From Nitrososphaerota archaeon (lineage in GTDB: Archaea; Thermoproteota; Nitrososphaeria; Conexivisphaerales; UBA164), in NCBI GenBank assembly GCA_009903795.1, contig WYER01000033.1, positions 23,001 to 87,000 of the forward strand: DNA of 64,000 bases. Direction: 5' to 3'. Under the pieces are notes generated by a model. The model saw only the letters and a list, made by a program, of their open reading frames with translations, had not been told where the DNA came from and made no database searches. The translations under genes and the position numbers were made by a program. Below are positions 50,487 through 60,636 of the stretch, piece after piece. The first letter of the stretch is position 1; every line of letters begins with the position of its first letter.

Positions 50487-52244
50487 TTGTTTGGGTTGAG
50501 CAAGGCTATAATAAAAGAAGTCATACTAGAAAATTTTATGAGTTATAAATATGGAAGAATATCATTAAAACCAAGGTTTAATTTTATAACTGGGCCAAAC
50601 GGCGCAGGAAAAAGCGCTATTCTTCTTGGTATATCTTTGGCTATGGGCCAGCTTTCTACAGAAAGGAGCAGAAAACTTGCTGATCTGGTTAGGAGAGGCG
50701 AAGATATAGGCAGAGTTTCACTAGTGCTTAACAACTTAAAAGAAAACGGGAAAAGACCCTTTCCGGCATACAACAAAGATGAAATAATGCTTTCAAGATA
50801 CTTGCGAAAAGATGGATCTTACTGGTTTGAAATAGATTATAAAGAAGCATCTAGACAGCAGGTTCTTGACCTTCTAAAGAGGGTAGGCATAGATCCGAAC
50901 AACCTTTTAATAATAATGCCTCAGGGGATGGTTGATGAATTTATTATGATAAAGCCTGAGGATAAGCTTAAAATGGTTGAGGAAGCTCTTGGCATATCCG
51001 ACATAAGAGAAAATCTCCTAGGTGCAAAAAATCGTTTAAAAAACATAATCGCAGAAGAAAACCAATATCAAGATCTTATAGGAAAGGCTATGGATTCTCT
51101 AGAAAAATGGCGTGAAGAATACGATAGACTTGTTATGAGCAGACAGCTTAAACAGAAACTAGAAGAGCTAAACGCAGAATACGCTTGGGCTGAAGTTTTA
51201 AAGCTCGAAAGATCAATTAACAATCTTAACGAAAAGATAGGCAGGATTAGCGAAGAAATTTCTACGCTTGAGGCTAAAAACAAAGAAACTATATCAGATT
51301 TTGAATCAGATAGAAAGAAGTTCAGCAATATTATTCAAATAATAAAAGAAAGTACAGCAAAAGTATATAAAGGCGATGAAAAATCTGTTACAATAATTTA
51401 TGATTCAATTAATGAAATTAACCCTCTTTTGGAAAGCATGCTTGACAAGTACTCAAAGGTAAAGGTAGGAGAATACAGAATAGAGTCTTTGCGATCTGAG
51501 CTTAAGGAACTCACCAAAGAGCTTGACTCTATAAAAAACGAGTTGAACGATGCTTTGAAAAAGACAACTGGCCAGAGGCCAGCATCTGTAAGGACAATAT
51601 CTGAAATAGAAGATGAAATAAAAACTGTTAATGCACAGCTTAAAGTCCTTGGTGATGTAAATCAAGAAGCAGAAAAGGTATACCTTGAATTCAAGGCTAA
51701 AGTGGACGAATACAAGGAAAAGCTCGAAGAAGTAAGAAAAAACAAGGAAAAAACATTAAAAGAAATAGAAAGCAGGTCTAAAGAATGGAAAGAGGTTATA
51801 AGGAAGACGATTTCAGATATAAACGAAAAGTATAACGAGATAATGTCGAGGATAAACGCATCCGGTAAAGTGATACTCGTTAATGAAAACGATCCAGAAA
51901 ATGCAGGTATTAGACTTTATGCAAGCTTTGTAGGAACTGATTTGATTCCATTGGACAGCTTTTCACAGAGCGGTGGTGAGTTGAGCGCCGCTGTTACTGC
52001 TTTTCTGATTGCCGTGCAGATGTACATAGTTTCTCCATTCAGAGCTCTAGATGAGTTTGATGTTCATATGGATCCGATACTCAGAGAAAAGTTCATCAAA
52101 GCTATATATGAGGTATCACAAGGTAGCGAAACGCAATACCTTATCATAACTCCTAATTTTCCAAGTTTCTATGCACCGGATATAAACTTCATAATAGTTC
52201 AGAAAAGCCAAAGCGGAAGCGCACCTAAGGTGATAGCAAAGTGA
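50487..52244 (+). CDS. Short SMC-like ATPase (SMC5/6-like head motifs; ClsN/Arcadin-4-like size)
   Basis: ENFMSY, GPNGAGKS, MPQG, coiled coil, SGGE, FRALDEFDVHMD, IITP. Confidence 0.9.
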   Translation: MFGLSKAIIKEVILENFMSYKYGRISLKPRFNFITGPNGAGKSAILLGISLAMGQLSTERSRKLADLVRRGEDIGRVSLVLNNLKENGKRPFPAYNKDEIMLSRYLRKDGSYWFEIDYKEASRQQVLDLLKRVGIDPNNLLIIMPQGMVDEFIMIKPEDKLKMVEEALGISDIRENLLGAKNRLKNIIAEENQYQDLIGKAMDSLEKWREEYDRLVMSRQLKQKLEELNAEYAWAEVLKLERSINNLNEKIGRISEEISTLEAKNKETISDFESDRKKFSNIIQIIKESTAKVYKGDEKSVTIIYDSINEINPLLESMLDKYSKVKVGEYRIESLRSELKELTKELDSIKNELNDALKKTTGQRPASVRTISEIEDEIKTVNAQLKVLGDVNQEAEKVYLEFKAKVDEYKEKLEEVRKNKEKTLKEIESRSKEWKEVIRKTISDINEKYNEIMSRINASGKVILVNENDPENAGIRLYASFVGTDLIPLDSFSQSGGELSAAVTAFLIAVQMYIVSPFRALDEFDVHMDPILREKFIKAIYEVSQGSETQYLIITPNFPSFYAPDINFIIVQKSQSGSAPKVIAK

Positions 52245-52951
52245 ATGACAAAGAAGAAGAACTTAAGAAAATAATAGAGCTACCAGAAGCTCTTAGAAAA
52301 CTTGGCGGGGATCCTTTTGCTGTGAACGTTGAAGAGCTTTTGGAAAAAATAAACGCAAACAGGCTCAAAGACAGGGTTAAATCTTTAAAATATGAATCGC
52401 AAGCGTTAAACTCTGTATCCATTATTGTTGAAAAACAGGAAGAATGGGTGCTTGACGCGCTTAAAGGTTTAAAGATAGATCCTCAACTCATAAAAGAAAA
52501 GGTAAAGCAGATGCCTTTTAAAGACCTAGGTCTTATACTTGCAAAGCACACAACCCCTGTACTAGGTATCAAAAGAATTAGCCGTGAAAGAATAAAGATG
52601 GCTGTTGAATATTTGGGTCTGATAGAACCATGGGGTAAGAAAGCCAGTTTAGGAAGCGTCATAAGACACGAAAATGAATATACGCAGAACATCATTTTTG
52701 ACAAAAGGTTTGAAGAAGAAGCGATGGAATTTTACGAAAAAAGTTTAATGAAAGAGCTTCAAAAATCTAAAACCGTGCCTTATAAGGATTTTATTAATAA
52801 ATTTGATGAAAAACTTAAAGTAGCGTTTTATATAGCTTACCTTTCTACTGCAGGTTTTATTTCAGTTATAAGAAATCCGCTAACGGGGGAAACTCTTATA
52901 ACCTCTCCCCTTGGAGGAGAATTTGAAAGCGTGGCGATACCATTTGGCTGA
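52241..52951 (+). CDS. Kleisin (ScpA-like)
   Basis: DPFAVNV..L N-terminal motif and YL...GFI...NPLTGE.LI C-terminal wH motif; overlaps the SMC stop. Confidence 0.65.
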   Translation: MNDKEEELKKIIELPEALRKLGGDPFAVNVEELLEKINANRLKDRVKSLKYESQALNSVSIIVEKQEEWVLDALKGLKIDPQLIKEKVKQMPFKDLGLILAKHTTPVLGIKRISRERIKMAVEYLGLIEPWGKKASLGSVIRHENEYTQNIIFDKRFEEEAMEFYEKSLMKELQKSKTVPYKDFINKFDEKLKVAFYIAYLSTAGFISVIRNPLTGETLITSPLGGEFESVAIPFG

Positions 52952-53480
52952 AGAAGAGCTCCAAAAAAAGGCCCTAAAGGCACTAAGGCTTTTGTTGATT
53001 GAGACGTCCTCTTTACCAGGTTTAAAGGGTTGGGAGTTAAAGAAACATCTTGGAAAAGATTATCTTGAAGTAATAAAGGTCGCTTCAATCGAAGCGGATA
53101 AATTAGGTATGAAAATAGCAATAGTCCCCGATGATGAAGCGCCCAAGGACTTTGAAAAGGCTAGATTTGTCTTAATGACGAAGGAGCCACTTTCTGAAGC
53201 AGATTACAGCAGGTGGCTCCGCATAGAAGAAATAGCGTCGTTAGCAATGATTCTTGTGGAAATTTCACTGAGGGGAGGATCTGCGCCTCTCGATGTCATT
53301 ATAAGGATATTGACAGAAAAGCTTCCTAGATGGAGGGTTAATCAAATAATATCTAAGCTGGAAAGACTTGGATACATAAAAGAAGAGAACGGGGTTGTAT
53401 TTAAGGACTGGAGGTCAAAAGTTGAAATAGACGAAACAGGGTTCATAAAAGACATAATACTTTACAGACAAGATAAATAA
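52911..53480 (+). CDS. KITE-like tandem winged-helix protein (Nse1/Nse3/MukE-like)
   Basis: Two wH-like halves; L...GYI........WR..EID ending; third gene of the SMC operon; TTG 52944 is an alternative start. Confidence 0.6.
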   Translation: MEENLKAWRYHLAEEELQKKALKALRLLLIETSSLPGLKGWELKKHLGKDYLEVIKVASIEADKLGMKIAIVPDDEAPKDFEKARFVLMTKEPLSEADYSRWLRIEEIASLAMILVEISLRGGSAPLDVIIRILTEKLPRWRVNQIISKLERLGYIKEENGVVFKDWRSKVEIDETGFIKDIILYRQDK

Positions 53481-53584
53481 TTCTTCGTAAATTGTGCTTT
53501 TTAAAAATCAGCATAAGAAAACGCTGCTCGTTTTTAATTCCTTAAAAAACCGTTTATAATTGTACATTATATGCATAATAAAAG

Positions 53585-54337
53585 ATGCCCCTTTATGTAA
53601 AAGAGCTTTTTAAGTCATACGGCAGTACGGTAGCTGTTAGAGGAATTAGCTTTACAGCTGAGGAAGGTAAGGTATTTGGGCTACTTGGCCCTAACGGGGC
53701 AGGTAAGACAACGACTTTAAAAATAATTTCAACCGTACTTAGACCAGACTCAGGAAGCGTTTTTCTTAACACAATCGACATAATTAATATGGCAGAATCT
53801 GCAAGAGAATTTCTTACATACGTCCCAGAAGATGCAGGAACATACAGAAATCTGACTGGATATGAGCATCTTGAATTTGCAGCCACTGTTTATGCAAGAA
53901 ACAAGGATGAATATAAAGCGTTTTTAGAAGAGGGAATAAGGATAGCAGATCTTGGTGATAAAATATACGAAAAAACAAAATCGTACAGTAAAGGTATGAA
54001 AAGAAGACTGCAAATAGCAAGAGCTCTTATGGTAAAACCTAAACTTGCAGTTTTAGATGAACCAACAGCAGGAATAGACGTTTTTCACGCAATAAGCATC
54101 AGAAATTTGATAAAAGATTTCGCTAAAAAGAATTCATCTATTGTTATTGTTTCTTCACATAACATGTTTGAAGTAGAAAAGCTATGCGATGAAATAGGAA
54201 TAATAAATGAAGGCGTTTTGCTTAGAGTAGGGTCTATAAAGGAAATAAAAGGCGATAATTCTGACCTTGAAGAAGTGTTTATGAAACTCGCTAAAGAGGA
54301 TAAAATTGATAAAAACATAGGTGAACCAAGAAAATGA
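53585..54337 (+). CDS. ABC-2 type exporter ATP-binding subunit
   Basis: GPNGAGKTT, YSKGM, LDEPT, SSH. Confidence 0.93.
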   Translation: MPLYVKELFKSYGSTVAVRGISFTAEEGKVFGLLGPNGAGKTTTLKIISTVLRPDSGSVFLNTIDIINMAESAREFLTYVPEDAGTYRNLTGYEHLEFAATVYARNKDEYKAFLEEGIRIADLGDKIYEKTKSYSKGMKRRLQIARALMVKPKLAVLDEPTAGIDVFHAISIRNLIKDFAKKNSSIVIVSSHNMFEVEKLCDEIGIINEGVLLRVGSIKEIKGDNSDLEEVFMKLAKEDKIDKNIGEPRK

Positions 54338-55533
54338 AAGGGAAGATCACTGCCCTCATAAAAAAAGATCTTTTGGATGTTCTTCGGGATCCAAAAGTTT
54401 ATATAGGCTTTTTATTGCCTTTGGCAATATTTGCAGCTTTTGGTTTTATATCTGCTGTTACAGCACCTCCATCTTCTGTTCCCCTAAACGTTTATGTGAG
54501 CAAAAACTGGAGCCTTTTTGATAGTTATCTTTACAGCCAGGGCGTTACGATTACAAACCAGCCTTATAATTCTGATGTAGTAATAAAATTTTATAACAAC
54601 AGCAATTTTATAACTTTTAACGTAACGTTCAATATGAAAGATATAAACCAAATATATTATGCAAAAGCAGAAGCTTTAAATTACATTCTTAACGGTTTTC
54701 GGGCATATTATAGGAATTATTTGTTAGAAAAAATTGGCGTTGTTAACTATAAAGTTATATCAAACCCTGTAAATTACTCCTTTGTAACAAACATAAATAA
54801 CGTAACTTATTCCTTAAATCCGCTTTATATATTTGAAATGACACAGATTGAAGAATTTGTTGCCCCTACCATTTTGTTTGCGCTTTGCATAGGGATGTCT
54901 GAAATGGCCGCCACTCTCATAACGGTTGAGCAAGAAGAAAAAACGTTTGAAGTTTTATTGAGTATGCCACTAAAAAGGTATTATATTTTAACGTCAAAAA
55001 TAATATCCTCATTTATAATATCAATTCTAAGTTCAATGTTTTATTTAATAGGATTGATTATATTTTCTAATGAATATTTGAGCCTGTTAGGAGGAGTTAA
55101 AACAGGGCCTGTTTTTTCTGTAAATGATTTAATTCTATTAGTCTTCATAGTGCTTTTAATAATAAGCACAGTTTTTTCAAGCTCGCTCGGAATACTAATA
55201 GGTCTTTTAAGCAAAGACTTAAGGATAGCTAACGTTTACCTTGGGATAATAACAGTTCCTATTCTTATACCTACTCTTTTCTTTATATCGGGAGGTTCGC
55301 TTAGTTATGTAAGTGGACCTTTTAAGGTACTTTTGCTTTTATTGCCTCCAACATATCCTATAGAAGTCACTAGAGCATTTATAACAAGATACTTAACAGG
55401 CTACTGGATTTTGGGTATAGTTGTAGGGCTTGCAGAAACAGCTTTTATCCTTTACATTGCATCTTTAATAATAAATGGAGTCAATCTGAAGTTAAAAATA
55501 AGGAAAGAAGTTAAAAACTATCAAAAAAGCTAA
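54334..55533 (+). CDS. ABC-2 type permease (NatB-like)
   Basis: E.EEKTFEVLLSMP motif, 6 TM helices, coupled to the ATPase. Confidence 0.85.
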   Translation: MKGKITALIKKDLLDVLRDPKVYIGFLLPLAIFAAFGFISAVTAPPSSVPLNVYVSKNWSLFDSYLYSQGVTITNQPYNSDVVIKFYNNSNFITFNVTFNMKDINQIYYAKAEALNYILNGFRAYYRNYLLEKIGVVNYKVISNPVNYSFVTNINNVTYSLNPLYIFEMTQIEEFVAPTILFALCIGMSEMAATLITVEQEEKTFEVLLSMPLKRYYILTSKIISSFIISILSSMFYLIGLIIFSNEYLSLLGGVKTGPVFSVNDLILLVFIVLLIISTVFSSSLGILIGLLSKDLRIANVYLGIITVPILIPTLFFISGGSLSYVSGPFKVLLLLLPPTYPIEVTRAFITRYLTGYWILGIVVGLAETAFILYIASLIINGVNLKLKIRKEVKNYQKS

Positions 55534-56265
55534 TAAAGCTAAAAACAGTAAATCGACTAATCTATAAGATATTTTTGAAGGTTCGCATTCTAAAGTGAAA
55601 CTAGGCATTCCTTTAGTTTCAAGCGCAAGTGAAGTTACAAACGCCTTTTTTACAGAGCTGTATATAAGGGCTTTGAGTAAAACGTATGGCTTATAAAAAC
55701 TCTTAATATTTTTTGGTTTTCTGACCTTACTTACTGAGTATATTGTTTTTGTCATCTCAAACATTTCCGGCAGCAGCCTGAAAGTCATCGCGGCTCCGAG
55801 AGCAATCGTGGTTGGCATGCCAATTTTTTTAAAAATCTTAATAACAGACGTAGGGCTAAGACTTTTTGAAAATGAAAAAGCTAAGAATAAAGTTAAAAGA
55901 AGCTTGGCAGAAGAGATAAGCCCCCATGTTATCCCTTGATATGTAATTGCAATACCTTTATCTTCCGTTAAAAAATCAATCACTGGATTATAATTTGGTC
56001 TTATTACCCAGAAAATTATGTTCGTTTTTTGGCCAGAATAAAAGCCCCAGTAAAAAAACGATTGTGAAAGCACAAATCCAAAAATTATCCACATGCTGAA
56101 CTTAATAACGTATAGCATCTGGTTTTTATAATTTATATAGCCATAAATTAATGATAATAAAAGGCCTGCAGCAAGTATATAAATATTAAAGGATATTAAT
56201 GCCAATATTGATCCTGTAAATAGGACTAAGAACGAAGTTAAAGTTTGATAATTTTTATGACTCAT
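55492..56265 (-). CDS. ECF transporter T component (CbiQ/EcfT)
   Basis: FRLLP and ALETKG motifs, TM helices, downstream of the ECF ATPase. Confidence 0.82.
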   Translation of the reverse strand: MSHKNYQTLTSFLVLFTGSILALISFNIYILAAGLLLSLIYGYINYKNQMLYVIKFSMWIIFGFVLSQSFFYWGFYSGQKTNIIFWVIRPNYNPVIDFLTEDKGIAITYQGITWGLISSAKLLLTLFLAFSFSKSLSPTSVIKIFKKIGMPTTIALGAAMTFRLLPEMFEMTKTIYSVSKVRKPKNIKSFYKPYVLLKALIYSSVKKAFVTSLALETKGMPSFTLECEPSKISYRLVDLLFLALLAFLIVFNFFPYF

Positions 56266-57508
56266 ACACTTCACCATTATTAAATTGATAAACCCTGTCA
56301 GAAACAGCCCTAGCAAATTCTTCTTCTTGCGTTATTATTATTGCGGAAGAACCAAAATCCTTGATGTATTTTAAAACATTAACCAATGTTGATAAACCAT
56401 ACTGATCCTGACCTTCTGTTGGTTCATCCAGTATATAAAGCTCTGGATCTTTTGCGAGCGCCGATGCAAGAGCTAACCTAACCCTTTCGCCTCGAGAAAG
56501 TGAATGCGGCAACCTTTCTCTTTTATTTTCAAGTCCAAAAAAGTTTATGCTCTCATCTGCTATTTTTTTATCTCTGCTTTCATAAAGCACTTCAGATACA
56601 ACTGTATCCTGTAGGAACTGTAATTCTGGAGTCTGTAGCATAAAGCCTTTTGTCTTAGCATTTACGGAAAGTCCTTTTGATGAGAGCAGGCCTATAATTA
56701 GTTTAGCCATGGTTGACTTGCCAGAACCGTTAGGCCCAACAAATGAAACCACTTCACCAGAATTAATTTCAATGTTTACGTTTTTAAGTGCTTGATTGCC
56801 TTGTTCATAAGCATAACTGAGGTTTGTGGTTTTAACAAGTTTGTTTTGTACGTTTTTCTTAAACAAATTAATTGTTGGTTCAGGTGCTCTCTTTTTTTCT
56901 GAATAAAACTCCAAAGTAGTGTTTGTTATGTTCTTTAAGTACTCTGTTCTATGTTCAGCAATTATTACTGTTACATTTTTTTCTCGCAAAAGCTTGAGTT
57001 GCTCTATAAACTTTTTTCTGGATTCGTGATCTAGATTTGACAACGGTTCATCAAAAAGCACAATTCTATATCCACCCAGCAGAGCAAACCCAATAGCCAC
57101 CTTCTGAGCCTCGCCACCGCTTAATGTGAACACGTCTCTATGTAAAATTTTTTCTAGACCTAATTCTCTTATAATTTCATTAAAAAGTTTTAAATCAGGA
57201 TTTTTCCATGAAAGCTCCGTACAAACATCATAACCAATAAAAGAGTTAATTGGCTCTTGTGGTACATAGTAAATCAGCCCTTTTTTAAGGGCTTCCTCAG
57301 GCTTCATCCCATTAACCAGAATTTTTCCGTTCACTTTAGCTTCAACATATTTGCCGACAAACCCTACAATAGAATATAAAAGTGAAGTTTTACCGGAACC
57401 TGTGGCTCCGCTCACTAATCCTATTTCTCCTTCACCAACTTCCCAGTTAACGTTCTCAAAAACGACCTTTCCATCATAACTCATGGAAAGGTCCTTAATC
57501 GATAGCAT
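56255..57508 (-). CDS. ECF transporter fused double ATPase
   Basis: Two ABC domains: GATGSGKT/LSGGE/DEP and GPNGSGKS/LSRGE/DEPT. Confidence 0.9.
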   Translation of the reverse strand: MLSIKDLSMSYDGKVVFENVNWEVGEGEIGLVSGATGSGKTSLLYSIVGFVGKYVEAKVNGKILVNGMKPEEALKKGLIYYVPQEPINSFIGYDVCTELSWKNPDLKLFNEIIRELGLEKILHRDVFTLSGGEAQKVAIGFALLGGYRIVLFDEPLSNLDHESRKKFIEQLKLLREKNVTVIIAEHRTEYLKNITNTTLEFYSEKKRAPEPTINLFKKNVQNKLVKTTNLSYAYEQGNQALKNVNIEINSGEVVSFVGPNGSGKSTMAKLIIGLLSSKGLSVNAKTKGFMLQTPELQFLQDTVVSEVLYESRDKKIADESINFFGLENKRERLPHSLSRGERVRLALASALAKDPELYILDEPTEGQDQYGLSTLVNVLKYIKDFGSSAIIITQEEEFARAVSDRVYQFNNGEVYES

Positions 57509-57564
57509 ATAAAAAGCATTAAGAATAGAAAGATATAAATATTTGGATGGATTAACCATCCAAC

Positions 57565-58278
57565 ATGAGAAACTCATTATCAGCTAGTGTTTTATCGGTA
57601 ATTATAATAGCTATTCTTTCATTATTAATGTATATATCATTTGAAATTTATGCCTACAACAAGACTTTTAGCGAGATCATAACTCTCATCGAGTCATTGA
57701 TCATAATTATTTTTGGTTTAGCTTTGATAAACAAAAGGTTAAAAGAAGCCGTAAGCCCAAAGAACCTAGCTTTATCTATAACATTTGGCGTGCTGCTTTA
57801 TGTTGCTCAATGGGCTATAGCATATGTACCTGCTTTTGTGTGGTATACACCGCCTTTTAATTATTTTGCAACAGCTCTTTTTGTGTATTTGCCAGAAGGC
57901 ATAATCGTATCGGTCCTACTTGTGCTTACTGAAAGCGCATATGGATCACTTTTCATGATGATTATACCATTTTACATTATATCTATGATATCATATTTTA
58001 ACCCAATATGGACTCCTTTTTACTTTAGCATGGCGTCTTTAGCAGAGATCGTAATTTTTGCAGGAAAAAGGGAATACATTACTGCAGCGCTTGCATCCAT
58101 AGTTTTTAGCGCTACTGACGCATTTCTGGCATCTCAGTTTATGCTTTTTAATTTTGGTGTCTATCAGCCTCCGCTTATTCAGCTTTCTTCTGCTTTTATC
58201 GATATTATATTCTCTATTTTTGGAGCTTTCCTTGGACTTGCAATAGGGAAAAAGGCTAAAACAGCCTGGAGACCTTAA
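57565..58278 (+). CDS. Multi-pass membrane protein, candidate ECF substrate-binding (S) component
   Basis: About 7 TM helices; divergent from the ECF A/T genes. Confidence 0.5.
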   Translation: MRNSLSASVLSVIIIAILSLLMYISFEIYAYNKTFSEIITLIESLIIIIFGLALINKRLKEAVSPKNLALSITFGVLLYVAQWAIAYVPAFVWYTPPFNYFATALFVYLPEGIIVSVLLVLTESAYGSLFMMIIPFYIISMISYFNPIWTPFYFSMASLAEIVIFAGKREYITAALASIVFSATDAFLASQFMLFNFGVYQPPLIQLSSAFIDIIFSIFGAFLGLAIGKKAKTAWRP

Positions 58279-58971
58279 TTATTTTTTAAGAGATAAGCCA
58301 ATATATGCAAGAAACGCCACAATTATTCCTATAGTTGCAGGGACAAGAACTCTGTTAATCAAATTTATAGCGTGTTCCCAGTTGTTTCCAAGGATAATTC
58401 CTATATAGATCAGGATTACGCTCCATAAAAAAGAACCTAGAAATGTAAATAGGAGAAATTTTATAACGTTCATTTTAAAAGCACCCGCAGGAAACGATAT
58501 TAAAGTACGCATGCCAGGGAGCAATCGCGTAAAAAAGACAGCGTACGCCCCATACATTTTAAACCATTCTACTGCTTTATTAAGGCTGTTTTTGTTTATT
58601 AAATGTCTTTTTTCGATGCTTTCTATGCCTATCCATAAACCTATATAATAATCCAGTATTGAACCTATAATAGAACCAGCGTTTGCGGCCGCCAGCACCA
58701 AGAAAAAGTTAAGCTCGCCGATGGAAACCAAATATCCCGCTAAAGGTAATATTACTTCAGAAGGTATAGGTAACGATGAACTTTCGAGCGTCATAAGAAA
58801 AAATATTACTAATACCCCTCCTTTTACAACTGCATTTGCTGTCCATGCCGGTATTGCAACTATTAAACTATGGAAGGGTGCATAACCAATTTTTCCTTCA
58901 CCATAAAACATATATGAAAGGATGAACGCTATAATTCCTACAACTGAACTTATTATTCTTTTGTTCGACAT
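58279..58971 (-). CDS. DedA family membrane protein
   Basis: LESSSLPIPSE, RLLPGMRTLIS.PAG. Confidence 0.92.
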   Translation of the reverse strand: MSNKRIISSVVGIIAFILSYMFYGEGKIGYAPFHSLIVAIPAWTANAVVKGGVLVIFFLMTLESSSLPIPSEVILPLAGYLVSIGELNFFLVLAAANAGSIIGSILDYYIGLWIGIESIEKRHLINKNSLNKAVEWFKMYGAYAVFFTRLLPGMRTLISFPAGAFKMNVIKFLLFTFLGSFLWSVILIYIGIILGNNWEHAINLINRVLVPATIGIIVAFLAYIGLSLKK

Positions 58972-58972
58972 T

Positions 58973-59290
58973 TTATGCTGGTTTTTCTTCTAATGATTCT
59001 TTTATAGCCTCATTTATCTGATCTGCCATATAGTGATCTAAAAGTTTAAAATTGATTTTTTTGACTTCAGGCACCTTTTTTAATGCTTCTACGACATCGT
59101 TTGCTAGCTGGTAAGCTAGCATCGCTGGACAAGCAGGCGTAGTCATTCTAACTTCTATGTTAACAGTGCCGTCATCGCTAAGCTCCAGTTTTTGCACTAA
59201 GTTTAAGTCTAATATAGAAACTCCAACCTCAGGATCTATTACGTAAGAAAGGTTTTCCCAGATTTGATCTAAGACCTTTTCTTTGTCCAT
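58973..59290 (-). CDS. DUF59/SufT metal-sulfur cluster assembly factor
   Basis: VIDPE...I.DL.LV and TTPACP motifs. Confidence 0.9.
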   Translation of the reverse strand: MDKEKVLDQIWENLSYVIDPEVGVSILDLNLVQKLELSDDGTVNIEVRMTTPACPAMLAYQLANDVVEALKKVPEVKKINFKLLDHYMADQINEAIKESLEEKPA

Positions 59291-59421
59291 TAAACAATTA
59301 TAAAGTATGAGATTATTATTTCTTTCTTTATAATCTTTAATACCAAAAAGGGGTTTCAAATTATATTTTTTCGATTTTAAATAAGCGAAACAATTTTAAA
59401 AAGCAAAACAGCCTAGAAGGC

Positions 59422-59530
59422 TTAAGCAATTATGATATCCGCCAGGGGCAAGCCATTACCTTTCAAATATTGTTTCCGTCCCATTTGTTCTTTAATTGCA
59501 AAAGGCAAAATAAAAAGCTTTGTGAAAAAA
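59422..59530 (-). pseudogene. Possible PIN/VapC toxin remnant
   Basis: LFILPF......YLKGNGLPLADIIIA followed by a stop resembles the C-terminal half of VapC. Confidence 0.35.
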
Positions 59531-59814
59531 ATTGCGCAAAGGTAACTTGTCCTTTTTATCAGGTCAAAATCGCGTTTAAAAATACAATGTGATAACAAAA
59601 GCACAAAACATTTAACAAATTTTTTATCTATTGTTAAGGAGTGGATAGTTAGCTAATGAATTGATTAATTTTTAAGTTTTGGGCATTCTATTTCTTCAAA
59701 GTATTCATTTATTTTACTCTTGAATATTCTATTAAGTGTAGGGACTTTTTTACTTTAAGACATAAAGGTTTTGAAGCCACATTGCCGACAAATTAATAAG
59801 CAGCTCACATGGGT

Positions 59815-59911
59815 AAAACAAAGCTATGTAGCAGTAAACCAAAGTTAATCAAAAACCAAAAATCATTATATCTCTAATTGTTATGAAATACCATTACCTG
59901 CGGGAGTACTG
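59815..59911 (-). mobile_element. ISH3-like element end, copy 2
   Basis: Reverse complement begins CAGTACTCCCGCAGGTA and aligns with 15047-15149. Confidence 0.65.
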
Positions 59912-59958
59912 AACGACGCAAAAATATTTAAGGAAGTGCTATCTCAATAAAATTATAG

Positions 59959-60633
59959 ATGAACATATATGAACTAAAGTTAAAGTTGTATCACGATTCG
60001 TGTTGGAGCACTATTACATACGATTACAATTTGAGCGTTCAGGTAAACTCTGTCATGTATTATCCGTTCGAAAGTAAGCTTGTAGCGACTGCTACAATTA
60101 ATGCCGAAGACAAGAAAATTCTTAATGAATTTGTTAATCATTTTAACAAAAGTTATCCTTCTAAAAGAAAAGTTAAATACATTGTTAAATTTAAAAAGAA
60201 TGGCGTTTATCTAATATATTTTGAATCAGAATATGACCTTAGTATTTCAAGCATAATTTATGAAACAAAAATTCCTTATTGGAAGGAAAAAATAATCAAT
60301 GGAAATGAGAATTGGAGAGTTTTAGTTTTTGGGAAAAATCAGCTTAATGTAGTTCTCGAAAGAGTAAAACAAATAGCTAAAATAAAGAATTTTGAAATTA
60401 ATACGATTGATCCTTTCAAGTTAAGTCCTGAATCTGTTTCTATTGAAATTTTGTCCAAAAAAGAAAAAGAAATAATTCTAAAAGCATATGAGTTAGGTTA
60501 TTATGATTGGCCACGCAGGGTCGACTTGGACAAATTATCAAAAATGTTTAACATAAGCAAAGTTGCATTGCTAAAAAATCTTAGAAAAGGAGAAGAAAAA
60601 ATAATCAAAAAAATATTGATGGAAACTAATTAA
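59959..60633 (+). CDS. HTH_10 (Bat-like) transcriptional regulator
   Basis: H..CW N-terminus; AYELGYYDWPR...L..L....ISK.....LRK.E.KI C-terminal HTH. Confidence 0.9.
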   Translation: MNIYELKLKLYHDSCWSTITYDYNLSVQVNSVMYYPFESKLVATATINAEDKKILNEFVNHFNKSYPSKRKVKYIVKFKKNGVYLIYFESEYDLSISSIIYETKIPYWKEKIINGNENWRVLVFGKNQLNVVLERVKQIAKIKNFEINTIDPFKLSPESVSIEILSKKEKEIILKAYELGYYDWPRRVDLDKLSKMFNISKVALLKNLRKGEEKIIKKILMETN

Positions 60634-60636
60634 GGT

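Noticed and set aside
50487-52244. Rad50 or canonical condensin Smc
   Set aside because: No CxxC hook, no mre11/herA/nurA neighbours, and about half the length of canonical Smc
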